From NCBI GenBank assembly GCA_963777605.1, contig CAVZRV010000035.1, positions 268,962 through 332,961 of the forward strand: 64,000 nt of DNA, in the 5' to 3' direction. The translations under genes and the position numbers were made by a program. The DNA comes from an uncultured Acidobacteriota bacterium. Lineage in GTDB: Bacteria > Acidobacteriota > UBA6911 > RPQK01 > JAPXNP01. Below the pieces are notes generated by a model. The model was given only the letters and a program-made list of their open reading frames with translations, searched no databases and had not been told where the DNA came from. The number at the start of each line of letters is the position of its first letter. Position 1 is the first letter of the stretch. Shown piece by piece: positions 47,518 through 57,758 of this stretch.

Positions 47518-48072
47518 CTATGCCTTGAATCGTCTTGCGGCTTCCGCAACCACACACCCCAGGCTGAGTAGCAACAACGACACGGGTTCAGGCGTCGGTA
47601 CGGCACTCGCAGCCTGCTGCTCAAGGCCCGACCTCGTTGGTAAGTTGGCTGAGATCGAGGCGTAACTCCAGCCCGAACCACTCCAAGAAACCCGCAGTGC
47701 CTCAAGGAGTGAGTCTCCCCAGAAAGCGAAGAAGTTGAACACCAGCGAAGTCGATTTAGAACCCTCGAAAACGATGTCGAAGTCGAGGCTTGTCAAAGCT
47801 ACCCCGGAAGCAAGCGCCAAAGACGGTGTATCATACGTCAGCGCCCAGCTAGCAACGCTGAAATTGCGCATAGCCGGCGTCTCGAACGGTCCATTCTGGA
47901 CCAGTTGCAGGGCAACAAAATCGAAGCTGCCAACCCCACTTTCATTAAACCGTTGCCCCCAGCTATTGGTCACGTAAGGACTCCCAACAGCTACGACATC
48001 CCCGAATGTGGGTGACACGAATACCACCATCAAAACCGTTAGAAGAGAAATTAGAATCAGAATCCGTCTCAT
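47518..48072 (-). CDS. PEP-CTERM sorting-domain protein 1
   Basis: Signal peptide, GGAGG RBS, C-terminal VPTPEPVSLLLLSLGCVVAEAARRFKA. Confidence 0.85.
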   Translation of the reverse strand: MRRILILISLLTVLMVVFVSPTFGDVVAVGSPYVTNSWGQRFNESGVGSFDFVALQLVQNGPFETPAMRNFSVASWALTYDTPSLALASGVALTSLDFDIVFEGSKSTSLVFNFFAFWGDSLLEALRVSWSGSGWSYASISANLPTRSGLEQQAASAVPTPEPVSLLLLSLGCVVAEAARRFKA

Positions 48073-48134
48073 CGAACCTCCTTTTCCCTGTGCCTCGCCA
48101 ATCCGTTGGCTAACTTGTAACGTGTAAGTTCAGA

Positions 48135-48150
48135 TGCAAGCTTCGGGCCA
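48135..48150 (-). promoter_or_regulatory. Sigma54 promoter of PEP-CTERM gene 1
   Basis: Minus strand TGGCCCGAAGCTTGCA. Confidence 0.65.
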
Positions 48151-48271
48151 AACTAGACAAACGCTCATTGCCCAAAATGGCAAGCCACTGGAAAACCAAC
48201 ATTTACGCCACAAGAAACATCACCGACGATTGGTATGGCTGCGTTCAGATTCGAGAAGGTCACTGAAACAG

Positions 48272-48288
48272 CGTCAAGGATTCTGACA
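48272..48288. promoter_or_regulatory. Candidate PrsR enhancer palindrome
   Basis: CGTCAAGGATTCTGACA, ~120 bp upstream of the sigma54 site. Confidence 0.5.
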
Positions 48289-49404
48289 CCGCCGAGGCGG
48301 GAGAGCCTACCAGTGATTTGGTGAAACGATAGCTCTCAGGCGAGCCTCAAGAACGCCCTGCGAGTCGCTATCGGTGGGAGTGTCACTGTGACAGCATCCT
48401 CGTACGGAGAGGCGGTCCCCCCGGCATCGAAAATAGCCTTCCAGATTCCCCTTAACGCATCAACGTCCAAAACGCAGAACAGGAGGAGAAGGCCGGAGCT
48501 CTGGCTTGGGTTCCCGGAAAATGGTACTTGAAGGCAATATCGCTCAGGTTCTCAGGTCCCTCGACAACTACTTCCGTGGGAGACAGCGGGTTGTTCACAC
48601 CGTCAAACAACGTCGCCCGCTCCGGGCTCAAGACTCCCGGTTTCGAACTGGACGAGACGGCTGGACTGAACTATCTGGTCAGCGGAATTCAGGGAAATGA
48701 CTCAAGGCGGTCGGCACAGCGACCGCGAGGATTCACTAAGCGCTCTTCCTCTCTAGAAGCGGCCTCTTGGGCTGGGCCTAGCCCGCCGCCGAAAATCCCA
48801 TGGTGGGCCGAATAGAACAACACGTTCGCCACGAAAGCGACCTGCTGTCCAGGCTAGCGGCAAGATCCCCAGAACAAGCCAGGAGCCCAATAACTCGAAC
48901 CAGAATCCGTGCCGTCTCTCCTACTATTCCTCCTTCGCCTTGCATCTTATCAATCCATTAATGGGTAACTTCCGAGCATCCAATCTCGTGTGATCCAAGC
49001 CAATTCCCTGGCGGCAGAATCATCTATCGGACAACTTATCAATCCGCGGAAGATTACTGATTTAGCCAGTCTTTCGGGAGATGAAAGACCCGAGTTCAAC
49101 AAGCCGTTTCGTCGCACGTAGTGTCAGGGTTTCCGACATTTCTCAGAATCCTGGCGGAGGGCATCAGACTCCTTGCGATATTCCAAGCATCCGATTGGCA
49201 GTGATTTCCGATGCTGGGATTCCCCTCTATATTTGGGCGTCGGCAAGTGTGCCGACAGTCGAGCCACGCGGCATGCGAGTTCTCCGAATCCGAACCTAGA
49301 GCAGGGACTCGCAACTTCACGGCCTTATTCACTTTAGAACCGACTCAAGTACCTGAAAATATGGGGATGAACCTCTGTCCCGTTGACGAACACCGCTCGC
49401 CGAC

Positions 49405-49421
49405 TGTAAAGAAGGCCGACA
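49405..49421. promoter_or_regulatory. Candidate PrsR enhancer palindrome
   Basis: TGTAAAGAAGGCCGACA; a second copy TGTCAGGGTTTCCGACA at 49122-49138. Confidence 0.55.
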
Positions 49422-49508
49422 AAAGACCCGTTCGCGATACCGTATTGGATCTTCGCCTCTTCGTATAACTGACTGCAATTCTAGAACTTGCGGGCCAAAC
49501 TTGCAGAC

Positions 49509-49524
49509 TGGATCGAGTCTTGCA
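49509..49524 (+). promoter_or_regulatory. Sigma54 promoter of PEP-CTERM gene 2
   Basis: TGGATCGAGTCTTGCA (GG-N10-GC). Confidence 0.5.
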
Positions 49525-49595
49525 TGTGTATTCGGACTGTGAATACAAGCTTCGTAGGGCTAACGAACTAATTGGAAATTTTGTAAGGAGGAGAA

Positions 49596-50251
49596 ATGAA
49601 GAAACTAGTACTTGCGTCTTTCTTATGTCTGGCGATCTCATTCTTTATCGCCAGCCCAGCCATGGCTGACAATGTCACGGTTCAGTACACCGGTGTCTAC
49701 GGCACCACTGTTTCGATCGGGGAACATGGCACACTGGGCCTGTCTTAGCCGGAATCTACAAGATCAAAGTGGACGGCGTTCCGGTGGATTCCTTCTGTAT
49801 CGATCTCTCGGACAGTTCAACAACTTCCGCTGTGCCTTATAAGGAAGTCAATCTCGAAGACGCAGCAGATCCCACCTTCGGCCCGATGGGTATCGCAAAG
49901 GCCACATGGGTAAAGAAGCTTTGGGACATGGCATATTCATCGGGCATGTCCCAGAATGATGCGGCCGCTCTTCAGGTTGCTATCTGGGAAGTGGTCGCCG
50001 ACGATACCTGGGACCTGACTGCTGGCAATTTCACCGTCGGCACTGATGCAATTCGTAGCTTGGCCGGGACGCTCCTGACCAACGTGCTGAGTCATGATGG
50101 CCAGGCCAATCTTGGTGCGGTCAGCAACCCGGTGGTTGACGGAACCCAGCCTCAATATCAGGACTACGTAGTCCAGACGCCTGAACCGGCTACTTTGCTT
50201 TTCCTCGGCGCAGGGTTGCTTGGTCTCGGAATCCTCCGCCGCAGAGCGTAA
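49596..50251 (+). CDS. PEP-CTERM protein 2 with thioester-domain-like motifs (5' part frameshifted)
   Basis: AAGGAGG RBS, ATG 49596 MKKLVL; SFCIDL, ALQVAIWE, YQDYV, TPEPATLLFLGAGLLGLGILRRRA. Confidence 0.88.
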
Positions 50252-50280
50252 CCCGTCCATTAATTCTGGAGCTAGCGGTA

Positions 50281-50310
50281 ACGAAAGGCGGCCACGTGGC
50301 CGCCTTTCGT
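50281..50310. terminator. Perfect 30-bp palindrome, probable bidirectional terminator
   Basis: acgaaaggcggccac/gtggccgcctttcgt. Confidence 0.75.
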
Positions 50311-51197
50311 CGTTCTTGACTTTCCAGATCTCTCGACAGCATCGAAAGATCTGGAAGGAAACAGCATTTTCAGGAACACCTCCTCGTGCCACATTAGCTG
50401 CCGGGCAGCCAGCGCATCCACTTAGCGCAAGATGACATAGGCCGTGGATGCAGCCAACCGAAGCCCAGTTGTTCAAGCATTCCGCCACCGATCGCAACTA
50501 ACCTGCATCCAGCAGAACGGACCCGAAATGCCGACCCGCGCCATTTCTGAGATCGATATTCAGGCCGTACCACCCAGTAGATTGGAAATTCTTCCATACG
50601 GAACCAATATCTCAGCCTCAATTGATTTGTCCGCGCATTCTGAAGCAGGTATCGGCTGGAATTCTTGAACTGAAAAGCAGAATCCCTTTTCGGAGTTCCC
50701 AACTCTGCTCTGGCTGCACCTTTTGACCTCTTGAGAAGGGGCCTTCCGGGCAAGTGATATGTCTGACACAAACACCCTCGCCTCAAGACTCGAAGTCAGC
50801 ATCTAGTGTCCTGCAAGGCATCATATGACGCTTTCAGAGTCCCTGCTGGGCTCCTCGGCATGGGCCGGCATCAGCAGGAAGCAATCCTGACGGCAGGGCG
50901 CCAGTCAATTCCTGACGACTGGTGACGGGGGATCACGATTCTGCCTGGGGTCCGACCGGGCGGACCTCGGGCTGCGTGAGTTTGTTGGAGGCGGGAAACA
51001 AGGCCTCGCGGGCGATGGCCCTTTTACAGGTGGGAATGAAGTTAATGCCGCTTTGCGCCAACCTCGGCGCCTTGGCGCCTCAGTGGTGAGCAGCCCAGGG
51101 GCGCTACCATGAATTGCAAAGAGCGGGAGCGCCCCGCAAGCGGAGAGAGATCAGGTCTTGACAGTGTCCACAGTGCCATGCAACCCGGGGGCGCGTT

Positions 51198-51282
51198 CCT
51201 TACCCCCGGCTCTGTGTCCGGCACCGAACCGCGCTACCGCCGGAACCTCGGAACTTCGGAACCAGGAACCAGGAACCAGGAA
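51198..51282. repeat. Dispersed REP-like element plus GGAACCA-type heptamers
   Basis: ccttacccccggctctgtgtccggcacc.aaccgcgc recurs inverted at ~54129-54206 and direct at ~58220-58298. Confidence 0.85.
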
Positions 51283-51288
51283 GAAATA

Positions 51289-52654
51289 CTACCCCCGCAC
51301 GATCCCCAGCTTGTCGATCATCTCGTAGAGCGTGGGGCGGCTGATGCCGAGTTCTTCGGCGGCGCGGGACATGTTTCCGTCGCAGCGGGCCAGGGCGGAT
51401 TCGACCATTTCCTTTTCCAGGGCTTCCCGGGCTTCCCGCAGGTTCATGGCGGCGTACTTCGAATAGCCGGAGTCGAACCCGAGGTCGTCGAGCGAGACTC
51501 GCTGTCCTTCGGCCATGATGACCGCGCGCCGGACCCGGTTTTCCAGCTCCCGGACGTTTCCGGGCCAGCGGTATTCGCGGATCGCCTTGAGGGCATCGCC
51601 GTTGAAGCCGGTCACCTTGCGGCCGCTCTCCTCGGCGTAGCGCTGCAGGAAAGCGCTGGCCAGCAGGGCGACGTCCTCTGCCCGATCCCGCAAAGGGGGT
51701 ACGTCGATCACGATCACGGCGAGGCGGTAGTAGAGGTCCTCGCGGAAGCTCCCCGCCTTGAGCGCCTCCTCCATGTTGATGTTGGTGGCCGCCACCACCC
51801 GCGCGTCAACGTCCATCAGCTGGCGTCCTCCGACTCGCTGGATCTGCCCGTCCTGGAGGAAGCGCAGCATCTTGACCTGGAGACTCAGCGGAAGCTCCCC
51901 GATCTCGTCGAGGAACAGGGTCCCGCCCCGGGCGCTTTCCAGCTGCCCCGGGCGCTGGGTGTGCGCGCCGGTGAAGGCTCCCTTTTCGTGACCGAAGAGT
52001 TCGCTCTCGAGGAGGTTTTCGGGAATCGCCCCGCAGTTGATGGGAACGAACGGTTCCCTGCGAACGCCTCGAGCGCTGGTGGATGGCCCGGGCCGCCAGT
52101 TCCTTGCCGGTTCCGCTCTCGCCGACAACCAGGACGGGGGCGTCGCTGCGGGCGACCTTACGGACCATGGTGAAGACCTGGTCGATGGCGCGGCTCGTCC
52201 CCAGCATCCCCTCGAACGTGTCGGGACTCCAGGCCCGCCGGAGCCGCTGGTGGTCCTTTTCCAGGTCGTAGACGTAGCAGGCGCGCTCAAGGACCACCTT
52301 GAGCACCTCGATGTCGATCGGCTTGGAGAAGAAATCGTAAGCCCCCTGACCCACGGCCTTCAGGGCAAACTCCCGTTCTCCCTGGCCGGTGATCACCACC
52401 ACCTTGACGTCCGGGTCGAGGGTCAGCAGTTCGTCGAGGGTCTTGAAGCCCTCGATGACGTCGGCGGGATGGGGAGGCAGGCCGAGATCGAGGCAGACCA
52501 CGGCGCTGCCGTTCTTCTTCAGTTGTTCGACGGCTGTTTCCCGGTCCCCGGCCTCGACGACCTCGTAATCGTCATTCAGGGCCCACTTCATCTGGGACCG
52601 GATGTCTTCGTCGTCGTCAACAATCAGCAGATGAGGTTTCTTTCTTGATCCCAT
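51289..52654 (-). CDS. prsR: PEP-CTERM-box sigma54-dependent response regulator (frameshift near 52065)
   Basis: [81 protein letters not shown]. Confidence 0.9.
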
Positions 52655-52698
52655 GGTTTTCCCTTCATTATCGGCCGTTCGGCCCGTCCCGGTAGGGG

Positions 52699-53092
52699 GG
52701 CGCTGCGCGCCGTTCCTGGTTTCTGGTTCCTGGTTCCATGCCGAAACTTCCCCATTCAACGTAGGATCAAGCGTCCCCGCTTGTCGTGTAGTGAATCGGG
52801 AATCGGGAATCGGGAATCGGGAATCGGGAATCGGGATCCGGAATCGGGAATCGGGAATCGGATTCAGAGAATTGCCCGGTTCACGGTTCCGCGTTCAACG
52901 CTTCGCGACCAATCACAAATCAAAAATCGTAGATCACAAATGTTCCAGCTTTTCCCCAACAAATCGAAAGTCGTAAGTCGCAAATCGAGAATGTTCCCCA
53001 GCCCAAAACCCGAAACCCAAAACCCGAAACCCAAAACCCGAAACCCGAAACCAGAAACCAGAAACCAGAAACCAGAAACGGCGCGCAGCGCC
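52699..53092. repeat. Inverted-repeat-bounded unit filled with several heptamer arrays
   Basis: 30-bp IR (1 mismatch) ggcgctgcgcgccgtt[c/t]ctggtttctggtt. Inside: (GGGAATC)n at 52794-52866, AAATCRY units, (AAACCCG/AAACCAG)n at 53005-53079, REP hairpin at 52761-52785. Confidence 0.85.
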
Positions 53093-53198
53093 TATCACTC
53101 CTCAACTACTCACATTACTTACCCAACTTCCCACCTCGAACCCGTCCACAACCGTCAAAACCCTTATTCCATCGACACTTTACACTGATGGCATCTCT

Positions 53199-53214
53199 TG
53201 GCATGCCGATTGCT
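53199..53214 (+). promoter_or_regulatory. Sigma54 promoter of PEP-CTERM gene 3
   Basis: TGGCATGCCGATTGCT. Confidence 0.75.
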
Positions 53215-53277
53215 ACTAGTGCCCCGTCGATTACACACATGGATAGTGACTCGAGAAACATGGAGGTACATACGAAG

Positions 53278-53916
53278 ATGAAGATGAGAAAGCTCTTTTT
53301 CCTGATCAGCATTGTGCTACTGCTCTGCGGCAGCTCCGCCATGGCGGACCAGATCAAGGTCTCCTGGATCGGAGTGGGCGACGGCAGCGTGAACATCACT
53401 CTCAACAACGGCGGCAGCTGGGAAGCAGTTGCGGCCGGCAAGATCAAAATCACCGTCAACAACAGCCAGGTCATTTACGGCTACTGCGTCGACCTGGCCC
53501 ACACCATCGACTGGAACGTCAACTACGACGCCACCTTCAAGCCGACTCCGACGACCCTGGCCAAAGCCGCCTGGTTGATCAACACGTACGGTGCGGGAGT
53601 CGGCAACGACAGCACCCAGGCCGCGGCGTTGCAGCTGGCGATCTGGAACACCCTGATCGAAAGCGACGCGAGCATCACGGGCGGGACCTTCCGCGCCACC
53701 GGGATCTCTACGGCCGTCGGAACCACCGCCAACAACATGCTCGCCGCCCTCTACCAGGGCAACTGGCAGAGCGCCTCGGCAACCCTGATCGACACGGACA
53801 ATGTCAGAACCGGCTACACCCAGGATTTCATTACCACTCCGGAACCGACAAGCCTGGTCCTGCTCGGTTCGGGCCTGCTGCTCTTCGGTCTCTACCGGAA
53901 ACGCAGCGCAGTCTAG
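53278..53916 (+). CDS. PEP-CTERM protein 3 with thioester-domain-like motifs
   Basis: GGAGGT RBS; signal peptide; GYCVDL, ALQLAIWN, TQDFI, TPEPTSLVLLGSGLLLFGLYRKRSAV. Confidence 0.92.
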   Translation: MKMRKLFFLISIVLLLCGSSAMADQIKVSWIGVGDGSVNITLNNGGSWEAVAAGKIKITVNNSQVIYGYCVDLAHTIDWNVNYDATFKPTPTTLAKAAWLINTYGAGVGNDSTQAAALQLAIWNTLIESDASITGGTFRATGISTAVGTTANNMLAALYQGNWQSASATLIDTDNVRTGYTQDFITTPEPTSLVLLGSGLLLFGLYRKRSAV

Positions 53917-53942
53917 CAATCGCATTCGTTTCTCGAGTCATT

Positions 53943-53976
53943 CCCCGGGCGGCGCCCAGCGCCGTTCCGGGGTTTT
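53943..53976 (+). terminator. Rho-independent terminator
   Basis: ccccgggcggcgc-cca-gcgccgttccgggg followed by tttt. Confidence 0.65.
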
Positions 53977-53999
53977 ACTCACGGTCGGGGAGGGTTCGA

Positions 54000-54298
54000 A
54001 GTTCCTGGTTCCGGGTTCCAAGGTTCCAAGGTTCCAAGGTTCCGGGTTCCAAGGTTCCGGGTTCCAAGGTTCCGGGTTCGAAGGTTCCGGGGTTCGAAGG
54101 TTCCGGGGTTCAAGGTTCCGGGGTTCCGGCGGGTAGCGCGGTTTGGTGCCGGACACAGAGCCGGGGGTAAGGCGAAGCCGCGGCCCCGGGTTCCCGGCCC
54201 GATACCCATTGCGGGAATCGAGGAATCGGGAATCGGGAATCGGGAATCGGGAATCGGGAATCGGGAATCGGGAATCGGGAATCGGGAATCGGGAATCG
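54000..54298. repeat. Heptamer arrays (GGTTCCR-type at 54000-54128; (GGAATCG)11 at 54222-54298) around a REP-like element
   Basis: Read directly. Confidence 0.95.
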
Positions 54299-54575
54299 GG
54301 TAGGAAGTGTCCCCGTTCCACGTTCATTGTTCAAGGGGAAAACCGCACAAATGGCGAAAACCCCCGCGCCGCCCCCGCAAAAACCTTCTGCCAGTGCGAC
54401 AAGGGGCTCAAGGTTCCCACGTTCCATGTTCAAGCGGGACACCGCACAAAACCCGACCAACCCCCGCGCCGAACGCAAACCCATTTCCTGCCCCGGCCCA
54501 AACCGGAGTCGGCGCAGGCTCATTTCCAGCCCTGGGCAACGCCCAGGGAAACCCCCGGCCCCCCCAAAAAAATCC

Positions 54576-54818
54576 CAGCGTTGAAAGCGCGATTCAATCC
54601 CGCAAGCACCACTCTTCGAACGCAACCCGGTGCCGCCGAAGAAGCTTCCGCAACTCATCCTGGAACGTCTCCCGGCGACAATGCTTTTCCTGGCGTTCGA
54701 TATACCTGACCGCCGGTCCAGCCCACTCGGGCTCGCTGAAAATGACGTGCAGGACGACCTGACTCAGGGATTGCGGCATGGTGGCGGTTTCTCTGATTGA
54801 ATCGCGCTTTCAGCGCTG
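54576..54818 (-). mobile_element. Internally deleted IS200/IS605-type (Y1/RAYT-like) transposase remnant between inverted REP-like repeats
   Basis: ORF 54594-54779 joins MPQSLSQVVLHVIFS directly to AVRYIERQEKHCRRETFQDELRKLLRRHRVAFEE..D. 24-bp IR cagcg[t/c]tgaaagcgcgattcaatc; agccctgggcaacgcccaggg hairpin at ~54528-54548. Confidence 0.78.
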
Positions 54819-55084
54819 TATCTCTACTCGATCTCCAGCTACTGCCCACCCTGGATCTTGCCTCCAGCCCCAGCGCCCCCGGCCTCCGGCAGCACTTCCG
54901 GAGACTCGCCATCGTCCGGAGCCGCGCTTGCAAGAGACCGGAGACGGGAGACGGGAGAATTTTCTAACCTGGGAAAGTTGGAACGTTCTCACCTTGAACG
55001 TGAACCCCGCTCCGCAATGGTTGAAGGTTCTGGCCACGGTGTCAGGCGGGGACCTGTCCCACCCCGAAACGGCGCGAAGCGGAG

Positions 55085-57660
55085 CTACCCCTCCACCCTC
55101 GGGATCCGTACCCGGAACAGGGTGCCGACGCCGGGGGTCGATTCCACCTCGATGCGGCCGCCGTGGGCTTCCACGATCATCCGGGACTGGAACAACCCGA
55201 TCCCCATCCCCTGCTTCTTGGTGGTCTGAAAGGGCTGAAAGAGCCGCTCGTCGATGAACTCCCGCTCCATCCCGCAGCCGTTGTCTTCAACCTCGAGCAC
55301 CGCCCAACGGTCGTCGCGAAGGGTGCGGACGGTGATAAGGGGCTTCGGAAGGGAAGCGGGAAGCGGGAAGCGGGAAGCGGGAGAACCCGACGACTGTTCT
55401 TTGCCCCCGGCAACTACCTGCGGCGGTTCGCCCTCAAAACCCTCCCCCGCCCCTCCTTCGGAATTCTGAATTCTGAATTCTGAATTCCCAATCCCTTCTC
55501 CGCCTTCCTCCCGAATCCCGTTTCCCGAATCCCGTTTCCCGTTTCCCGAATCCTCATTCGCACTTCCCACTTCGCACTTCGCACTTTCCTCGAACGATTC
55601 CCACGCATTGAGCACCAGGTTGACCACGACTTTGCGAAACTGGCGCTCGTCGAGGCGGACCCTGCCGACGGGCCGGCGTTCGAGAACAAGGGCCTCCTCG
55701 ACCTGGGGACGGAGTTCCTCGCAGATCCCGGCCACGGATTCACCAAAGTTCCGGACCTCCAGGACGAGCTCGAGCTTCTCCCGCAGCAGGGACAGCCGCG
55801 AGCACATCCCCTTGATCTTGTCGACGCTCTGTTCGATGGTCCGGAAGGCCTGCTCCCGGAACTCGGCCTTTTCGTAGTGGCGGGGAAGGTTCTGGACGGT
55901 CAGCGAAAGGCGGTTGGCCAGGTTCTTCAGGTCGTGCACGAAGAAGGCCGACATATTGCGGAAGGCCTCCAGTTCCGAGGTCTCGCGCAGGCGGCGGGCC
56001 AGCCGGATGTTCATCAGGAACGAGGCGACCTGGTCGGCCAGGACCTCGAGCAACTCCCGGTCCTCGTACCCAATCGCCTTCCCCCGCACCCGGTCGCCGA
56101 CGGTCAGAACGCCCAGGATCTCGCCCTTCACTTTTAACGGGATCCAGTAGTCGATGCGGGCGGACTCGAACGCGGCGCTTCGCGCCGTTCCTGGTTCCTG
56201 GTTTCTGGTTCCTGGTTCCTGGTTTCTGGTTCCTGGTTTCGAGTTTCGGGTTTCGAGTTTCGGGGGGGAAGCGGGAATGCCCGGAGGCTGCGGTTCGCCT
56301 GTGGCACCCGACTTCGGGCCTTCGCCCTCCTGTCGCCGCGATGTTCCTTCTGAATTCTGAATTCTGAATTCTGAATTCTGGTCTCCCTCCCGTTTCCCGT
56401 TTCCCGTTTCCCGTTTCCCGTTCCTCCCCCCGAAACCTCCCCCGCCACCACTCCGTCTTGCGAAGTCGCCCGCTCCAGCAACCCGGACAGATCGAGCCCG
56501 GCGGCGTCCTCCCGGGTGAGCCCCGTCGAGGCGGCCAGGCGGAGACCGCGGCCGGCGGCATCCAGGGTCCAGACCGAAACGGTCAGGCTGTCGAGGGCCT
56601 GGGCGGTGATCCGGGCCGCCGTCCGGGCCACTTCTTGCTCGTCGAAACGGTCGGTGATCCCCTGGTTGAAGCGGGTCCAGATCCGCCGGTAGTCGTGGGT
56701 GGGACGTTGAAAATGGCGCCGGGTGGCCAGGCGCAGGTCCTGGCGGACCCGGTCGGAAAGGAGAAAGGCCCCGGCCCCGAGCAGGGCCACGAACACCACC
56801 ACCGTCGGCATCTCGACCGGCCAGTCGAGCAGGCGCAGCACCTGGACCACGACTCCGACTCCCACCAGGTAGGCGCCGACGGCCACTATGGTGATCGAGC
56901 CCTGGAGCACCGACTGCGACAGGTAGATGTCGAACTGGAGGGTCCGGCCGCGGCGCAGCGCGATTGCCAACAGCGGAAGGACGCAGAGGAGCGCCCAGGC
57001 CTGGATGACGTGGGCCGAGGAGGACCAGGTCCGAAAGAGGATGGCGTCACTCGACGTGTAGATCACGGCGACCGCATAACCGCCGATCCCCAGGACGGCG
57101 AACTTGATCTGCCAGCGGACCCGCCCGAAGGAGTTGCGCAGGGTCTTTTCGAGGTTGGCCACGACCAATGTGTAAGCCACGATCGTGACCACGAAGAAGA
57201 GGTAGCCGCGCAGCCCGAGAGGCCAGTACCAGGGTCCCAGGGTCCCGGGCTCGAACAGGGCGGCGGTCACCACCCCGTCCCCCGTGGTCTCCCCCCGCAG
57301 CGGCAGGCTCGCGAAGAACTGGTCCACCGGTAAGAAGATCAGCAGGAGGGGGACAACAACCGTCCCAATCAGGACGCTCTTCCAGCGCACCAGGAAGTGC
57401 CGCGCGTCGGCCCGGCCGTAGGTCAGGCTGAAGGCCAGCCAGGCCGCCAACAAGAGCCCGCTGACCACCAGCCACGGCAGCTGGATCCCCAGGGTCAGGG
57501 GGCGCTCGACCAGGAACGCCGAAAGGAGCTTCTGCAACCCCTGCAGCATCAATGCCGCAGCCAGTATCGGCCGCACCAGCTGGCCCCGCTCCTGGAACCA
57601 GACAAATGCCGCCAGCGCCAGGCAGCCCAGTGCAACCGTGAGGTGGAGGGTGAAGATCAT
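55085..57660 (-). CDS. prsK: PEP-CTERM system histidine kinase with two repeat-derived insertions and a frameshift near 56135-56450
   Basis: N-terminal TM region, RHF...HDYRRIW..F, GAF, FRNMSAFFVHDLKNLA (H-box), NLVLNA, EDNGCGMEREFI..LFQPFQTTKKQGMGIGLFQSR. Confidence 0.9.
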
Positions 57661-57758
57661 TGTCGTTGGTGAATCGGGAATCGGGAATCGGGAATCGGGG
57701 CCGCTGCGCGCCGTTTCTGGTTCAAAGTTCCTCGTTCCATGTTCGTGGTTTCGGGCCC

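Noticed and set aside
50311-51180. Possible small gene or ncRNA between PEP2 and prsR
   Set aside because: Only short ORFs without motifs and partial enhancer-like words were seen; nothing is supportable.
52781-54327. ORFs rich in NRESGIG / PETRNQK / IPDSRFP
   Set aside because: These are translations of intergenic heptamer arrays, not genes. Only the copies inside prsK are in a real reading frame.
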